From positions 17,765 through 81,764 of the forward strand of contig JAFTWW010000037.1 of the NCBI GenBank assembly GCA_017465085.1: a stretch of DNA of 64,000 nucleotides, in the 5' to 3' direction. Positions 17,037 through 28,261 of this stretch are shown here, one piece after another; within the stretch, counting starts at the first letter, position 1; each line of letters opens with the position of its first letter. Source of the DNA: Clostridia bacterium (lineage in GTDB: Bacteria; Bacillota; Clostridia; Oscillospirales; Acutalibacteraceae). Position numbers and translations under genes: made by a program. Under the pieces are notes generated by a model that worked only from the letters and a program-made list of their open reading frames with translations, made no database searches and had not been told where the DNA came from.

Positions 17037-17861
17037 ATGAGCGAGTATGCTTCTATGCTTAATATCAGCGGTTTAGTATTAAATGAAAACGCTACTGTTA
17101 AAGCCGACTGCTATAATGCTATCATTATAAAAAACGGCGCTCTTACTGCCTCCATCGGTGCAGATGTTTTAACGGTGCCACAAAATCATTTGATTGTTTT
17201 ATCTTCCGATACCGTCAATTACATAAAGGCTGATGATAACCTGGTTGCTTTATCACTCGCCTTTGATGGAAGCGGTGAAATCTTAGAAAAGATTAAATGC
17301 AAAGCGTTCGAATTAGATGAGGATAAAGTAAATCTTATTTTTGAAATCGCCGCCAAGAGTGATAACCTAAAGCTTTATAAATACGATTCTGCTTTAAGGC
17401 TTATTTTCTCCTACTGTTATGAAACAGATAGTGCTGATTTAATTTCCGATAAGAAGGATGCCATTTTATTCGGCAAGGCTGTTTCGATTTTAGAGGATAA
17501 TGTGGGCGGAGATATTTCGGTTAACGAATTATCTGAGGTGCTAAAAATCAGCCTTTCGCACATCAAAAGGCTTTTTGCAAAATACTCCTATCTTGGCGCC
17601 CACGAATATTTGCTTGCTCTTAAAATATTAAGGGCTAAGGAACTGCTGAAACAAAATGTTTCAGTAACCGAAACTGCAAGGCTTGTTGGCTTTGCAACCC
17701 AAGCCTATTTTTCTGCCGCTTTTAAGAAGATAACGGGTGTTTCTCCTAAATCTTATTTCAGTAACGATACTGAAGTACCTTTAGTTAAGCCTAAAACTCA
17801 ACCTAGACCGAAAAGAGCTCCTGAAACAAAAAAAGAAAATTTGCCAAGCTACTTATTATAA
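17037..17861 (+). CDS. AraC-family transcriptional regulator
   Basis: C-terminal double HTH (ISVNELSEVLKISLSHIKRLF ... AYFSAAFKKITGVSPKSY). AAGGAG RBS precedes ATG 17037. Confidence 0.85.
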   Translation: MSEYASMLNISGLVLNENATVKADCYNAIIIKNGALTASIGADVLTVPQNHLIVLSSDTVNYIKADDNLVALSLAFDGSGEILEKIKCKAFELDEDKVNLIFEIAAKSDNLKLYKYDSALRLIFSYCYETDSADLISDKKDAILFGKAVSILEDNVGGDISVNELSEVLKISLSHIKRLFAKYSYLGAHEYLLALKILRAKELLKQNVSVTETARLVGFATQAYFSAAFKKITGVSPKSYFSNDTEVPLVKPKTQPRPKRAPETKKENLPSYLL

Positions 17862-17896
17862 AAATAAAACCCTTTCTTGCGAAAGGGTTTTTATTT
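17861..17896. terminator. Bidirectional terminator between AraC (+) and GH38 (-)
   Basis: AAACCCTTTC-ttgc-GAAAGGGTTT flanked by A-run and T-run. Confidence 0.7.
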
Positions 17897-20283
17897 TATA
17901 CCGTAAATATCTTGAGTTCTCTTTTTGCGAAGGTAAGCTCAAGTTTTTTATCAAGGCTCGGTATTTCAACCACGGTCTTCTGTTCATCATCGGTGGTGTT
18001 GAACATCGTTATCTCGTATCCATCATCTTTGCTTCTTACAGAGGATAGAAGAACATACTCATTGGTGGCGGTTATAAAGCTACCTGCCTTTTCTCCCTCG
18101 CCCGATGGGAAGAAGGAAATTATCTGGGGCTGCTCATTATATATTTGCGCTACCTTATCGATATTTTCTTCCGTTGTAATCCTGAATGAGAAGCTTCTCT
18201 CACCAATATCGATGTGCTTAAGATATCTATTGTGGGGAGCTATCTGCCTTTTCTCAATAGGATGAGCCGAATAAATAGGTGTTCTCAGTAGTGATAGCTT
18301 AATGGTGTTTTCATTAAAACTGCCGCCATATATACCCTTATTTACAACATAGAGCCTATCGCTATCAGATTTAATTCCGCACCACTTATGAGAAACGGCT
18401 TCCCTCTCATCATCATAGAGGGGCTCACTGCCAAATGCAGTCTGACCCCAAGGTGTGCCCTTAAACTGAGTATCAAGCCTATATTTAACCATAACATTAG
18501 GCTCATTTGAATAAAGAATTACATCAACATCTATGTAAACATTATTCTTAGGTATTGTATACTCTACAACAGCATAGGATTTGCGGTAATTAAAGAATGC
18601 CTGTACCTTAGTTCTTACTTCGCCATCCTCAACTATTCTAACATTAGAACATTTTTCTTCAGGATATCCTACAAAGTCATTTGCCTCTTCATCACTTAGG
18701 AGCTTAAAACAATCCTTATAATCCTTAAAGGAGTTAACATTCATACCCCAAGGATCTTCATTATCATTATAAACCTCTAAGATACCGCTGTTTTTAACAA
18801 GAGCCTTACCGTCAACTTCATAAAGGTCAATAAGACCTGTTTTCTTACTGATACGAACCTTCATACGACTGTTTTCAACCGTAATATCATCTTCGCCATA
18901 TACTTTTTCAGGAAGGTCCTTTTTCTTATATACAGTAAGTCTGCAATCAAATCTTGTAACCGAAGAGGGCGCAAGCTTGCCCACGAAGGAAACCTTTTCT
19001 ATCCAATCAAGATTAAAGGTACATTCAGGCTTTTCATTCTGAGAAGGTACCTCATTACCCTGCTCATCATAAACCTTGGCAAGAGTTATTTCTTCCTCGT
19101 TCCAGTTCTGATCCTGAAGCATAAAGCCGATTTCGAACTCGCCCTCAACCTCATACGGATGTGGATTATATACCATTATAGGAATTTCTCCCTCATTAGC
19201 CTTCTTCTGACCCTCACAGAGCTTGAAGAAAGCCTTTGTATAAAGACGGTCGGCAATCTCCTCGCCATAGCCTAAGGTGTGGAGCGCATCCTCCTCAACT
19301 GGCTTAATGCCTGAACCCGGAAGAATATCGTGGAACTGGCAGAATGCCAATGCCTTTTTAGCTTTTTTAAGCTCACCGTAATCAAAATCACAATCCTTTA
19401 ATGCCTTAGCATTGCTCATTGCCTTTTCGGTTAAAGCGATTTTATTTTCAAGGGTACGGTTAGCCTGCTTAATTCTTACCATAGAGGTATAGCAGCCTAC
19501 TGCCCAAGCAATAAGGGGCTCATTATATGTAGGAATATTATCAGTATTTACATCGGCAAAATATTGGGGAGCATTTGAATGGATAATCTCAACATCTTCA
19601 TACCTTGCGGCAAACTCGTTAATATCCTCAATATCCTTTCTTGAAGGACCGCCGCCGTGGTTGCCTACACCCCAATAAAGCAGGAATATTTCCTTTTGGT
19701 CTTTATAGGTGCCAATATGTTGTTTTACCTTAAGCAGAGCGTTTCCTTTGCCGCTGTTATAGCCTGAATATATACTATGGGTTAAAATTTTACTGTCATC
19801 ATAACCCTGCCACCAGAAATTATCCTTATACTTGCCGCCCGGACGCATAACAATATAATTCTCGAAGCCTTTTTTATTGAGTATCTGAACAAGGCCTTGG
19901 GTATGACCGAAGGAGTCAATATTCATAGCGGTTTTAGGCTCAACACCGAATTTTTCCTTGAAATATTCTCTGCCTAAATTTATCTGTTCAAGAAGGCTTT
20001 CGCCCGAGGTCATAACGCAATCGGGCTGTAGATACCAGCCGCCTATAATATGCCACTTGCCTGCGGCTACCAATTTTTTGATGCGCTCAAATAGCTGAGG
20101 CTCATGCTCCTCAACCCACTCATATAAAAGTGCTTCGTTGTGATTGAAGATAAAGCCATCGTATTCCTCACAAAAATCTGCGGCAACGCGGAAGGTTGAG
20201 ATTGCCTCGGCAAGTCCCTCGTTCCAACGCCACAGCCAAGCGGGATCAAGATGGGCATTACACAGCAAATGCATTTTTCTCAT
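17896..20283 (-). CDS. GH38 alpha-mannosidase
   Basis: About 795 aa. N-terminal HLLCNAHLDPAWLWRW and GNHGGGPS motifs of GH38. Start at MRKMHLL (20283) is preferred. Confidence 0.9.
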   Translation of the reverse strand: MRKMHLLCNAHLDPAWLWRWNEGLAEAISTFRVAADFCEEYDGFIFNHNEALLYEWVEEHEPQLFERIKKLVAAGKWHIIGGWYLQPDCVMTSGESLLEQINLGREYFKEKFGVEPKTAMNIDSFGHTQGLVQILNKKGFENYIVMRPGGKYKDNFWWQGYDDSKILTHSIYSGYNSGKGNALLKVKQHIGTYKDQKEIFLLYWGVGNHGGGPSRKDIEDINEFAARYEDVEIIHSNAPQYFADVNTDNIPTYNEPLIAWAVGCYTSMVRIKQANRTLENKIALTEKAMSNAKALKDCDFDYGELKKAKKALAFCQFHDILPGSGIKPVEEDALHTLGYGEEIADRLYTKAFFKLCEGQKKANEGEIPIMVYNPHPYEVEGEFEIGFMLQDQNWNEEEITLAKVYDEQGNEVPSQNEKPECTFNLDWIEKVSFVGKLAPSSVTRFDCRLTVYKKKDLPEKVYGEDDITVENSRMKVRISKKTGLIDLYEVDGKALVKNSGILEVYNDNEDPWGMNVNSFKDYKDCFKLLSDEEANDFVGYPEEKCSNVRIVEDGEVRTKVQAFFNYRKSYAVVEYTIPKNNVYIDVDVILYSNEPNVMVKYRLDTQFKGTPWGQTAFGSEPLYDDEREAVSHKWCGIKSDSDRLYVVNKGIYGGSFNENTIKLSLLRTPIYSAHPIEKRQIAPHNRYLKHIDIGERSFSFRITTEENIDKVAQIYNEQPQIISFFPSGEGEKAGSFITATNEYVLLSSVRSKDDGYEITMFNTTDDEQKTVVEIPSLDKKLELTFAKRELKIFTV

Positions 20284-20345
20284 ATAAACACCACCAAAAG
20301 TATAAATATTCAAGATAATTATACAATGGTTTCAAGTAAAATTAA

Positions 20346-20377
20346 AGGGCTTTTTTGAACAAGTCAAAAGAGCCCTA
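20346..20377 (-). terminator. Hairpin downstream of fhs (end of pur-fhs transcript)
   Basis: AGGGCTCTTTTGA-cttgt-TCAAAAAAGCCCT on the minus strand. Weak U-tract. Confidence 0.4.
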
Positions 20378-20394
20378 TAAATTTATGCAATATG

Positions 20395-22071
20395 TCAAAA
20401 TAGTCCAATAATTTTGCCGTTTTCATCCACATCGATACGCTCTGCGGCGGGTGATTTGGGCAGACCCGGCATTGTGAGTATATCTCCCGTAAGAACAACT
20501 ATGAAGCCTGCGCCTGCGGAAATCTTTACATTTTTGATGGTAACGGTAAAGTTTTCGGGAGCGCCAAGCTTTGTGGGATCATCGGAAAAGCTATACTGAG
20601 TTTTAGCCATACAAACGGGGCAATTGGAAAATCCTAATGCTTCAAGCTGTGCAATCTGCTTTTTGGCGTTGGGTAAAACTATGATACCGTCACCGCCGTA
20701 AACCTTTTTAACAACAGCCTCGATTTTTTCCTCAATGGAGCCCTCAAGCTCATAAGAGAAGGTAAAGTCACCTTTCTCCTCTTCGCAAAGGCGTACAACC
20801 TCTTTAGCCAACGCCTCGCCGCCCTTACCGCCATCAGCCCAAACGGTTGAAAGCACGGTATTAACGCCGAGCTCGCGGCACTTATCGATGATAAACTCGA
20901 TTTCATTATCGGTATCCGTGGGGAAACGGTTAACGGCTACCACACAGGGAAGCTTATAAACATTCTTCATATTGGAAACGTGGCGAAGAAGATTGGGAAT
21001 ACCCTTTTCGAGAGCCGCCAAATCCTCATTACCAAGCTCGGTTTTAGCGAGACCACCGTGCATTTTAAGTGCGCGAACAGTGGCAACTACCACTACGGCA
21101 TCGGGTGTGAGCCCTGCCATGCGGCATTTAATATCAAGGAACTTTTCAGCGCCTAAATCGGCGCCGAAGCCTGCCTCGGTGATGGTATAATCACCCATCT
21201 TAAGAGCCATTTTAGTAGCCATAACGGAGTTACAGCCATGGGCAATATTAGCGAAGGGACCTCCGTGAACAAAGGCGGGTGTGCCCTCAAGCGTCTGCAC
21301 CAAATTAGGCTTGATAGCATCCTTCAAAAGCGCAGTCATAGCGCCTGCGGCCTTTAACTCTCCGCAGGTAACGGGCTTATCATCATAAGTGTAACCGACG
21401 ATGATTCTTGAAAGTCTTTCCTTAAGGTCGGTAATAGAATCCGAAAGGCATAAAACTGCCATAATTTCACTTGCAACGGTGATGTCAAAGCCATCCTCAC
21501 GGGGAACACCGTTTGCCTTACCGCCCATACCGTCAACAACAAAGCGGAGTTGACGGTCGTTCATATCAACACAACGCTTCCAGGTGATTTTGCGAACATC
21601 AATACCTAAAGCATTTCCCTGCTGAATATGGTTATCAAGCATAGCGGCAAGAAGGTTATTTGCGGCGCCTATGGCATGGAAATCGCCTGTAAAGTGAAGG
21701 TTAATATCCTCCATAGGAACAACCTGAGCATAGCCGCCGCCTGCGGCTCCGCCCTTAACACCGAAAACGGGGCCAAGGGAGGGCTCACGAAGGGCAACTG
21801 TTACATCCTTGCCTATTCTTTTAAGGCCATCTGCAAGGCCGATGGTGGTAGTGGTCTTACCCTCGCCTGCAGGGGTGGGAGTTATAGCGGTAACCAAAAT
21901 AAGCTTACCGTTTTCCCTATCGGTTTCATTAAGTAACGCGGGGTCGATTTTTGCCTTGAAATTTCCGTACTGCTCTATATATTTTTCATCCACATGAGCG
22001 GTCTTGGCAATTTCTTTAATATTTTTCATCTCACAGCTTTGAGCTATTTCAATATCAGATAAATAAGCCAT
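20395..22071 (-). CDS. fhs: Formate--tetrahydrofolate ligase
   Basis: 558 aa. [16 protein letters not shown]-loop and typical FTHFS motifs. Only 16 nt after the purL stop. Confidence 0.97.
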   Translation of the reverse strand: MAYLSDIEIAQSCEMKNIKEIAKTAHVDEKYIEQYGNFKAKIDPALLNETDRENGKLILVTAITPTPAGEGKTTTTIGLADGLKRIGKDVTVALREPSLGPVFGVKGGAAGGGYAQVVPMEDINLHFTGDFHAIGAANNLLAAMLDNHIQQGNALGIDVRKITWKRCVDMNDRQLRFVVDGMGGKANGVPREDGFDITVASEIMAVLCLSDSITDLKERLSRIIVGYTYDDKPVTCGELKAAGAMTALLKDAIKPNLVQTLEGTPAFVHGGPFANIAHGCNSVMATKMALKMGDYTITEAGFGADLGAEKFLDIKCRMAGLTPDAVVVVATVRALKMHGGLAKTELGNEDLAALEKGIPNLLRHVSNMKNVYKLPCVVAVNRFPTDTDNEIEFIIDKCRELGVNTVLSTVWADGGKGGEALAKEVVRLCEEEKGDFTFSYELEGSIEEKIEAVVKKVYGGDGIIVLPNAKKQIAQLEALGFSNCPVCMAKTQYSFSDDPTKLGAPENFTVTIKNVKISAGAGFIVVLTGDILTMPGLPKSPAAERIDVDENGKIIGLF

Positions 22072-22087
22072 TTAATGCACTCCCCTA

Positions 22088-25000
22088 TTATTTGAAATAT
22101 TTAACTGCGGCTTCAAACATACGAATATCGTAATCACCGCAAACATTCTTATAAAGTCCCTCGCCGATACGCTCACTGTGTCCCATTTTACCGAATACTC
22201 GGCCATCGGGTGATGTGATACCCTCAATGGCGTACATAGAATCGTTGGGGTTGAAGTGAACATCACTTGTGGCATTGCCATCAAGGTCAACATACTGCGT
22301 AGCAATCTGACCGTTTTTAGCAAGCTCCTTGATTAACTCTTCACTTGCTAAGAATCTGCCCTCACCGTGAGAAATGGGCACATTATAGATATCGCCTACT
22401 TCTGTGAGCGAAAGCCAAGGAGATTTATTAGAAGCAATTCTTGTGCGAACTATTCTTGACTGGTGGCGGGAGATGGTGTTAAAGGTAAGCGTGGGGCAAT
22501 TCTCATCGGTATCGATGATTTTACCGTAAGGAACAAGGCCAAGCTTTATAAGCGCCTGGAAGCCGTTACAGATACCGCACATCAGACCATCTCTATTTTC
22601 GAGCAACTCGGTAACGCCCTCTTTTATTTCGGCATTGCGGAAGAATGCGGTTATAAACTTACCGCTTCCATCGGGCTCATCTCCGCCTGAGAAACCGCCG
22701 GGGATGAATATCATCTGTGAGGTTTTAAGCTCTTCTGCAAAGTTTTCAATGCTTCTCTGAATACCCGAAGCCGAAAGGTTATTTATTACCATAATCTTAG
22801 GCTCGGCGCCCGCATCGCTAACCGCCTTTGCGCTATCGTATTCGCAGTTAGTACCAGGGAATGCAGGAATAAGCACCTTGGGTTTTGCAACCTTTATGGC
22901 AGGCGCTTTATGGCCCTCTGCCTTAAAGGAGAAATTCTCCATAGGAGTTTTGCGGTCGGGAATGTTACAGCTGTAAACGCTTTCAAGCTTATCCTCATAA
23001 ATCTTTAAGAGATTTGAAAGCTCGATACTTTCTTCACCTAAGGTTATCGTACCGTTATCAGTAACGGTACCGATATACAAAGCGCCATCAATTTCTTCGG
23101 TAGCTTCAAGAACGAAGCCTGCATAGCAATAATCAAAGATACCCTGATTACAGATGTTCTCATACTTAAATCCAAGTCCGTTACCAAACGCCATCTTCAT
23201 AATGGCTTCGCCAATGCCACCCATTCCGGGAGTGTAGCAGGAAACAGCTTTACCGCTACGGAGTATTTCCGTAACCTTATCAAAGGTATCAAGCAAGGAT
23301 TTAGTATCAGGCAGATTTGTTGCCTTATCATACTCAGGACAAATGACATAAACCTTATTTCCCGCCTTCTTAAACTCGGGGGATATGATATCCTTAACCT
23401 TTTCGGTGGTTACTGCAAAGGAAACCAGGGTGGGAGGAACATCTATATCCTCAAAGGTACCGCTCATAGAATCCTTACCGCCGATGGAACCGATGCCAAG
23501 CTCTTTCTGAGCCTCAAAAGCGCCGAGGAGTGCTGCTAAGGGTTTGCCCCAACGCTTACCGTCTTTTCCAGGGCTTTCAAAATATTCCTGGAAGGTAAGA
23601 TATACATCCTCAAACTTAGCGCCCGTTGCAATAAGCTTGCAAACAGACTCAACAACGGCTAAGTATGCGCCGTGATAGGGGCTTTGCTCGGTAATAAAGG
23701 GATTATATCCAAAGGACATAAGCGAGCAATCATCGGTATGCTTTTTCTCAACCGAAATCTTCTGCACCATAGCCTGAATGGGAGTAAGCTGATTCTTACC
23801 GCCAAAGGGCATAAGAACCGTGCCCGCGCCGATGGTAGAATCAAAACGCTCGGAAAGACCGCGCTTTGAGCAGATATTAAGGTCGCTTGCTATTCTTTCG
23901 TAATTCTCGGTAAATGTGCCTTCAACCTTGCAGTCCTTAAGAGCAGGTTTTTCGGGGGTAATAGTAATATGCTTTTCTGCGCCGTTGGAATTGAGGAAAT
24001 CGCGGCTGATATCAACGATTTTCTTACCGTTCCAGTTCATAACAAGTCTAGGCTCTTCCTTTACTACTGCAACGGGGAAAGCCTGAAGATTCTCGGTAGC
24101 GGCAAGCTTTAAGAATGCATCCACATTATGAGGCTCAACCACAACCGCCATTCTCTCCTGAGATTCGCTTATGGCAAGCTCGGTACCATCAAGTCCCTCA
24201 TATTTCTTAGGAACGGCGTTAAGGTCGATTTCAAGGCCATCAGCAAGCTCGCCGATAGCAACCGATACACCGCCTGCGCCAAAGTCGTTACAACGCTTAA
24301 TCATAAGGGTTGCCTCTTCGTTGCGGAAAAGGCGCTGAAGCTTACGCTCTTCGGGAGCATTACCCTTTTGTACCTCAGCTCCGCAGGTTTCTACCGACTG
24401 CGCGTTATGAGCCTTAGAGGAGCCCGTAGCTCCGCCGATACCGTCACGGCCCGTGCTACCGCCAAGGAGTATTACAACATCTCCAGGGGCGGGACACTCT
24501 CTGCGAACATTCTTAGCAGGAGCGGCGGCAATAACGGCGCCTATTTCCATACGCTTTGCGGCGTAACCGGGGTGATAGATTTCATCAACGATACCCGTTG
24601 CAAGACCTATCTGGTTACCGTAAGAGGAATAACCCGCCGCCGCAGTAGTAACTATTTTTCTCTGAGGCAATTTGCCCTTAATGGTCTCATTAACGGGCTT
24701 TAAGGGGTCTGCCGCGCCCGTAACACGCATAGCGCCATATACATAAGAACGGCCTGAAGGGGGATCACGGATAGCTCCGCCAATACAGGTGGCGGCGCCG
24801 CCGAAGGGCTCAATTTCGGTGGGGTGGTTATGGGTTTCGTTTTTAAAGAGAAGAAGCCAAGGCTCTGTTACGCCATCAACATCAACATCGATTTTAACGG
24901 TGCAGGCATTGATTTCTTCGGACTCATCAAGCTTATCAAGTTTACCGTGCTTTTTAAGATACTTAACGGCAACGGTGGCAAGGTCCATTAGGCATATAGG

Positions 25001-25777
25001 CTTTGTTCTGCCAAGCTCCTTACGGACAGCAATATAATCATCATAAGCCTTCTGTAAAAGCTCATCCTCAAACTTAACGTCATCAATAACGGTTAAGAAG
25101 GTGGTGTGACGGCAATGATCCGACCAATAGGTATCTATCATACGAATCTCTGTAATGGTGGGATTGCGATTTTCACTCTTAAAGTAATCCTGACAGAAGG
25201 CAATATCATCGGCATCCATAGCAAGACCGTAGTTCTTAACAAAATCCTCAAGGCCCTTTCTATCAAGGTCTAAAAAGCCCTCTAGGGTTTCTACGGTAGT
25301 AGGAATATTATAATTAACCTTTAGGGTTTCGGGCTTAGTAAGAGCCGCTTCCCTTGCTTCTACAGGGTTTATAACATACTTCTTGATTTCGGCTATATCA
25401 TCTTCTGTAAGGTTGCCGTAGAGGGCATAAACCTTAGCAGAGCGAATTATGGGGCGCTCGCCCTGAGATATAATCTGTATGCACTGCGCGGCGGAATCGG
25501 CTCGCTGATCAAACTGACCTGGGAGATATTCTACTGCAAAAACAGTGGCGCCTGATAAATCCACATCGGCCGATGCTATATCGAGCTGAGGCTCGGAAAA
25601 TACAGTCTTAATGGCATAATCAAAAAGTTCTTCGGTTATATTTTCCGCATCGTAACGGTTTATAACTCTTACATCCTCAAGTTCTTTTATGCTAAGAAGA
25701 TTTTTGGCATCCGCAAGGAGCGCCTTTGCTTCATTAGCGAGTTCCTTTTTCTTTTCTACAAATACTCTGTAAACCAT
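22088..25777 (-). CDS. purL: Phosphoribosylformylglycinamidine synthase, single-chain large form
   Basis: 1229 aa. FGAM synthetase domains plus C-terminal glutaminase (GICNGFQ, HGEG). Confidence 0.95.
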   Translation of the reverse strand: MVYRVFVEKKKELANEAKALLADAKNLLSIKELEDVRVINRYDAENITEELFDYAIKTVFSEPQLDIASADVDLSGATVFAVEYLPGQFDQRADSAAQCIQIISQGERPIIRSAKVYALYGNLTEDDIAEIKKYVINPVEAREAALTKPETLKVNYNIPTTVETLEGFLDLDRKGLEDFVKNYGLAMDADDIAFCQDYFKSENRNPTITEIRMIDTYWSDHCRHTTFLTVIDDVKFEDELLQKAYDDYIAVRKELGRTKPICLMDLATVAVKYLKKHGKLDKLDESEEINACTVKIDVDVDGVTEPWLLLFKNETHNHPTEIEPFGGAATCIGGAIRDPPSGRSYVYGAMRVTGAADPLKPVNETIKGKLPQRKIVTTAAAGYSSYGNQIGLATGIVDEIYHPGYAAKRMEIGAVIAAAPAKNVRRECPAPGDVVILLGGSTGRDGIGGATGSSKAHNAQSVETCGAEVQKGNAPEERKLQRLFRNEEATLMIKRCNDFGAGGVSVAIGELADGLEIDLNAVPKKYEGLDGTELAISESQERMAVVVEPHNVDAFLKLAATENLQAFPVAVVKEEPRLVMNWNGKKIVDISRDFLNSNGAEKHITITPEKPALKDCKVEGTFTENYERIASDLNICSKRGLSERFDSTIGAGTVLMPFGGKNQLTPIQAMVQKISVEKKHTDDCSLMSFGYNPFITEQSPYHGAYLAVVESVCKLIATGAKFEDVYLTFQEYFESPGKDGKRWGKPLAALLGAFEAQKELGIGSIGGKDSMSGTFEDIDVPPTLVSFAVTTEKVKDIISPEFKKAGNKVYVICPEYDKATNLPDTKSLLDTFDKVTEILRSGKAVSCYTPGMGGIGEAIMKMAFGNGLGFKYENICNQGIFDYCYAGFVLEATEEIDGALYIGTVTDNGTITLGEESIELSNLLKIYEDKLESVYSCNIPDRKTPMENFSFKAEGHKAPAIKVAKPKVLIPAFPGTNCEYDSAKAVSDAGAEPKIMVINNLSASGIQRSIENFAEELKTSQMIFIPGGFSGGDEPDGSGKFITAFFRNAEIKEGVTELLENRDGLMCGICNGFQALIKLGLVPYGKIIDTDENCPTLTFNTISRHQSRIVRTRIASNKSPWLSLTEVGDIYNVPISHGEGRFLASEELIKELAKNGQIATQYVDLDGNATSDVHFNPNDSMYAIEGITSPDGRVFGKMGHSERIGEGLYKNVCGDYDIRMFEAAVKYFK

Positions 25778-27051
25778 TACTTAACCTCCGTTAATGCCTT
25801 TAATGCCTTGGCGCCTATATCCTTGCGGAAATAAGCGTTATCAAAATGAATTTTATCTACATAGGAATAGGCAGTTTTTATTGCCTTATCGAGAGTATCC
25901 TCAACTGCGGTTGCGCCTAAAACTCTGCCTCCGTTAGTTAATAGCCTATCTCCATCAAGCTTGGCGCCTGCCACGAAAACCTTATCCGAAAGCGTTTCGG
26001 GTATATTCATCTCGTAGCCTTTTTCGTAGGCCTCGGGATAGCCCTTTGATGCCATAATTACACAGCAGGCAGACTTATCACTAAACTTAACATCTGTTTT
26101 TTCCAAGGTGCCAAAGGTGGTAGCCTTCATAACGGTGAGCAGGTCACTTTCAAGAAGGGGTAAAACAACCTGAGTTTCGGGGTCACCGAAGCGGCAGTTA
26201 TATTCTATAACCTTCGGTCCCTTTTCGGTTAGCATAAGTCCAAAATAAAGGCATCCTTTAAAGGTTCTGCCCTCGCTGTTCATAGCGTTTATGGTGGGTA
26301 GGAAAATAGTTTCCATACACTCTTTAGCAATATCCTTTGTGTAGTAAGGATTAGGAGCAACGGTACCCATACCGCCTGTATTAAGACCCGTATCGTTATC
26401 CCCTGCTCTTTTATGGTCCATTGAAGATATCATAGGAACAACGGTTTTACCATCAGTAAAGGCAAGAACAGAAACCTCAGGGCCTGTTAGGAACTCCTCT
26501 ACAACCACGTTATCGCCGCTACTGCCGAACTTCTTGTTCTGCATCATTTCAACGACTGCCCTATTTGCCTCTTCCCTTGTGGTAGCTATGATAACACCTT
26601 TACCAAGGGCTAAGCCATCCGCCTTAATAACGGTAGGAATGGGCGCGGTCTCAAGGTATTTGAGAGCCTCATCAAGATTATCAAAAACCTCATAGGAAGC
26701 GGTGGGAATACCGTATTTCTTCATAAGATTTTTGGAAAACACCTTACTGCCCTCTATTATTGCGGCATTAGCTTTAGGACCAAAGCAATCGATACCCGCA
26801 TTTTCGAGAGCATCAACGCATCCTAACACCAACGGATCATCGGGGGCTACTATGGCATAATCAATTTTCTGCTCGGTTGCAAACTTAACAATGCCATCAA
26901 TATCCTTAGCATCAATATTTACACAAGTAGCATCCCCGCTCATACCTCCGTTACCCGGGAGAGCAAAGATTTCTTTTACTTCGGGGTTTTCCTTGATTTT
27001 CTTTATAATCGCATGTTCACGGCCGCCGCCGCCAACTACTAATATCTTCAT
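25777..27051 (-). CDS. purD: Phosphoribosylamine--glycine ligase
   Basis: 424 aa. MKILVVGGGGREHA and ATP-grasp motifs. Confidence 0.97.
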   Translation of the reverse strand: MKILVVGGGGREHAIIKKIKENPEVKEIFALPGNGGMSGDATCVNIDAKDIDGIVKFATEQKIDYAIVAPDDPLVLGCVDALENAGIDCFGPKANAAIIEGSKVFSKNLMKKYGIPTASYEVFDNLDEALKYLETAPIPTVIKADGLALGKGVIIATTREEANRAVVEMMQNKKFGSSGDNVVVEEFLTGPEVSVLAFTDGKTVVPMISSMDHKRAGDNDTGLNTGGMGTVAPNPYYTKDIAKECMETIFLPTINAMNSEGRTFKGCLYFGLMLTEKGPKVIEYNCRFGDPETQVVLPLLESDLLTVMKATTFGTLEKTDVKFSDKSACCVIMASKGYPEAYEKGYEMNIPETLSDKVFVAGAKLDGDRLLTNGGRVLGATAVEDTLDKAIKTAYSYVDKIHFDNAYFRKDIGAKALKALTEVK

Positions 27052-27065
27052 TATATTTCTCCTAA

Positions 27066-28250
27066 TTAGTGGTGGAATAAACGCATACCCGTAAAGGACA
27101 TTACCATCCCGTATTTATCACAGCACTCAATAACTGCATCGTCACGGATGGAGCCGCCGGGCTCTGCGATATACTTAACGCCGCTTCTCTTTGCCCTTTC
27201 AATATTATCACTGAAGGGGAAGAAAGCATCTGAGCCTAAAGCAATACCATCGATACTATCAAGATAAGCTCTGATTTCGGCATCGGTTAAGGGCTCGGGT
27301 TTTACGGTAAAGTACTTCTGCCAATTACCCTCGGCGCAAACATCCTCTTCGTTGCGGTTGATGTAGCCATCGATAACATTATCTCTATCGGGGCGACCAA
27401 GAGTATCCTTAAAGGGAAGGTTTAAAACCTTATCGTGCTGACGAAGGAACCAGGTATCTGCCTTGGTACCTGCAAGTCTTGTGCAGTGGATTCTTGACTG
27501 CTGACCTGCTCCCACGCCTATAGCCTGACCATCTACCGCATAGCATACGGAGTTGGACTGGGTATATTTAAGGGTAATAAGAGCGATAATCAAATCGCGT
27601 ACTGCGCTTTCGGGCATATCCTTATTAGCGGTAACGATATTAGAAAGGAGCTCTTTATTGATCTCAAAATTATTTCTTCCCTGCTCAAAGGTGATACCGA
27701 AAACATCCTTATTTTCGGTGGGCGCAGGAACATAATCGGGGTCAATTTTAACTATATTATAGTTGCCCTTACGCTTTGATTTAAGAATTTCGAGAGCCTC
27801 GGGCTCGTAACCAGGGGCTATAACGCCATCAGATACCTCGCGCTTAATGAGTAAAGCGGTGGTAACATCGCAAACATCGGATAAAGCAACCCAATCACCG
27901 AAGGAGCACATTCTATCGGTGCCTCTGGCCCTTGCATAAGCGCAGGCTAAGGGAGATTCATCAAGATTTTCGATATCATCAACAAAGCAAGCCTTTTTAA
28001 GCTTATCGGAAAGGGGTATGCCAACTGCGGCAGAGGTGGGGCTAACGTGCTTAAAGGAGGTAACTGCGGGAAGACCCAAGGCCCCTTTAAGCTCCTTTAC
28101 AAGCTGCCATGAGTTAAAAGCATCAAGAAAATTTATGTAACCGGGTCTGCCGCAAAGGATTTCTATAGGAAGGTCGCTACCATCCTTCATAAAAATCTTA
28201 GAGGGTTTTTGATTGGGGTTACAACCGTATTTAAGTTCAAATTCTTTCAT
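27066..28250 (-). CDS. purH: AICAR formyltransferase (PurH transformylase domain only, no IMPCH/MGS domain)
   Basis: 394 aa. LKYGCNPNQ, GVGAGQQSR and C-terminal FTGMRLFHH. Confidence 0.85.
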   Translation of the reverse strand: MKEFELKYGCNPNQKPSKIFMKDGSDLPIEILCGRPGYINFLDAFNSWQLVKELKGALGLPAVTSFKHVSPTSAAVGIPLSDKLKKACFVDDIENLDESPLACAYARARGTDRMCSFGDWVALSDVCDVTTALLIKREVSDGVIAPGYEPEALEILKSKRKGNYNIVKIDPDYVPAPTENKDVFGITFEQGRNNFEINKELLSNIVTANKDMPESAVRDLIIALITLKYTQSNSVCYAVDGQAIGVGAGQQSRIHCTRLAGTKADTWFLRQHDKVLNLPFKDTLGRPDRDNVIDGYINRNEEDVCAEGNWQKYFTVKPEPLTDAEIRAYLDSIDGIALGSDAFFPFSDNIERAKRSGVKYIAEPGGSIRDDAVIECCDKYGMVMSFTGMRLFHH

Positions 28251-28261
28251 TTTATTACTCC

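Noticed and set aside
24128-24703. 191-aa plus-strand ORF inside purL. Similar antisense ORFs include 39756-40304 in carB, 61847-62377 in asd, 6167-6571, 15423-15827, 30857-31238 and 44370-44819.
   Set aside because: These are shadow ORFs on the opposite strand of strongly recognisable genes. They show no RBS, biased junk-like composition and no family resemblance.
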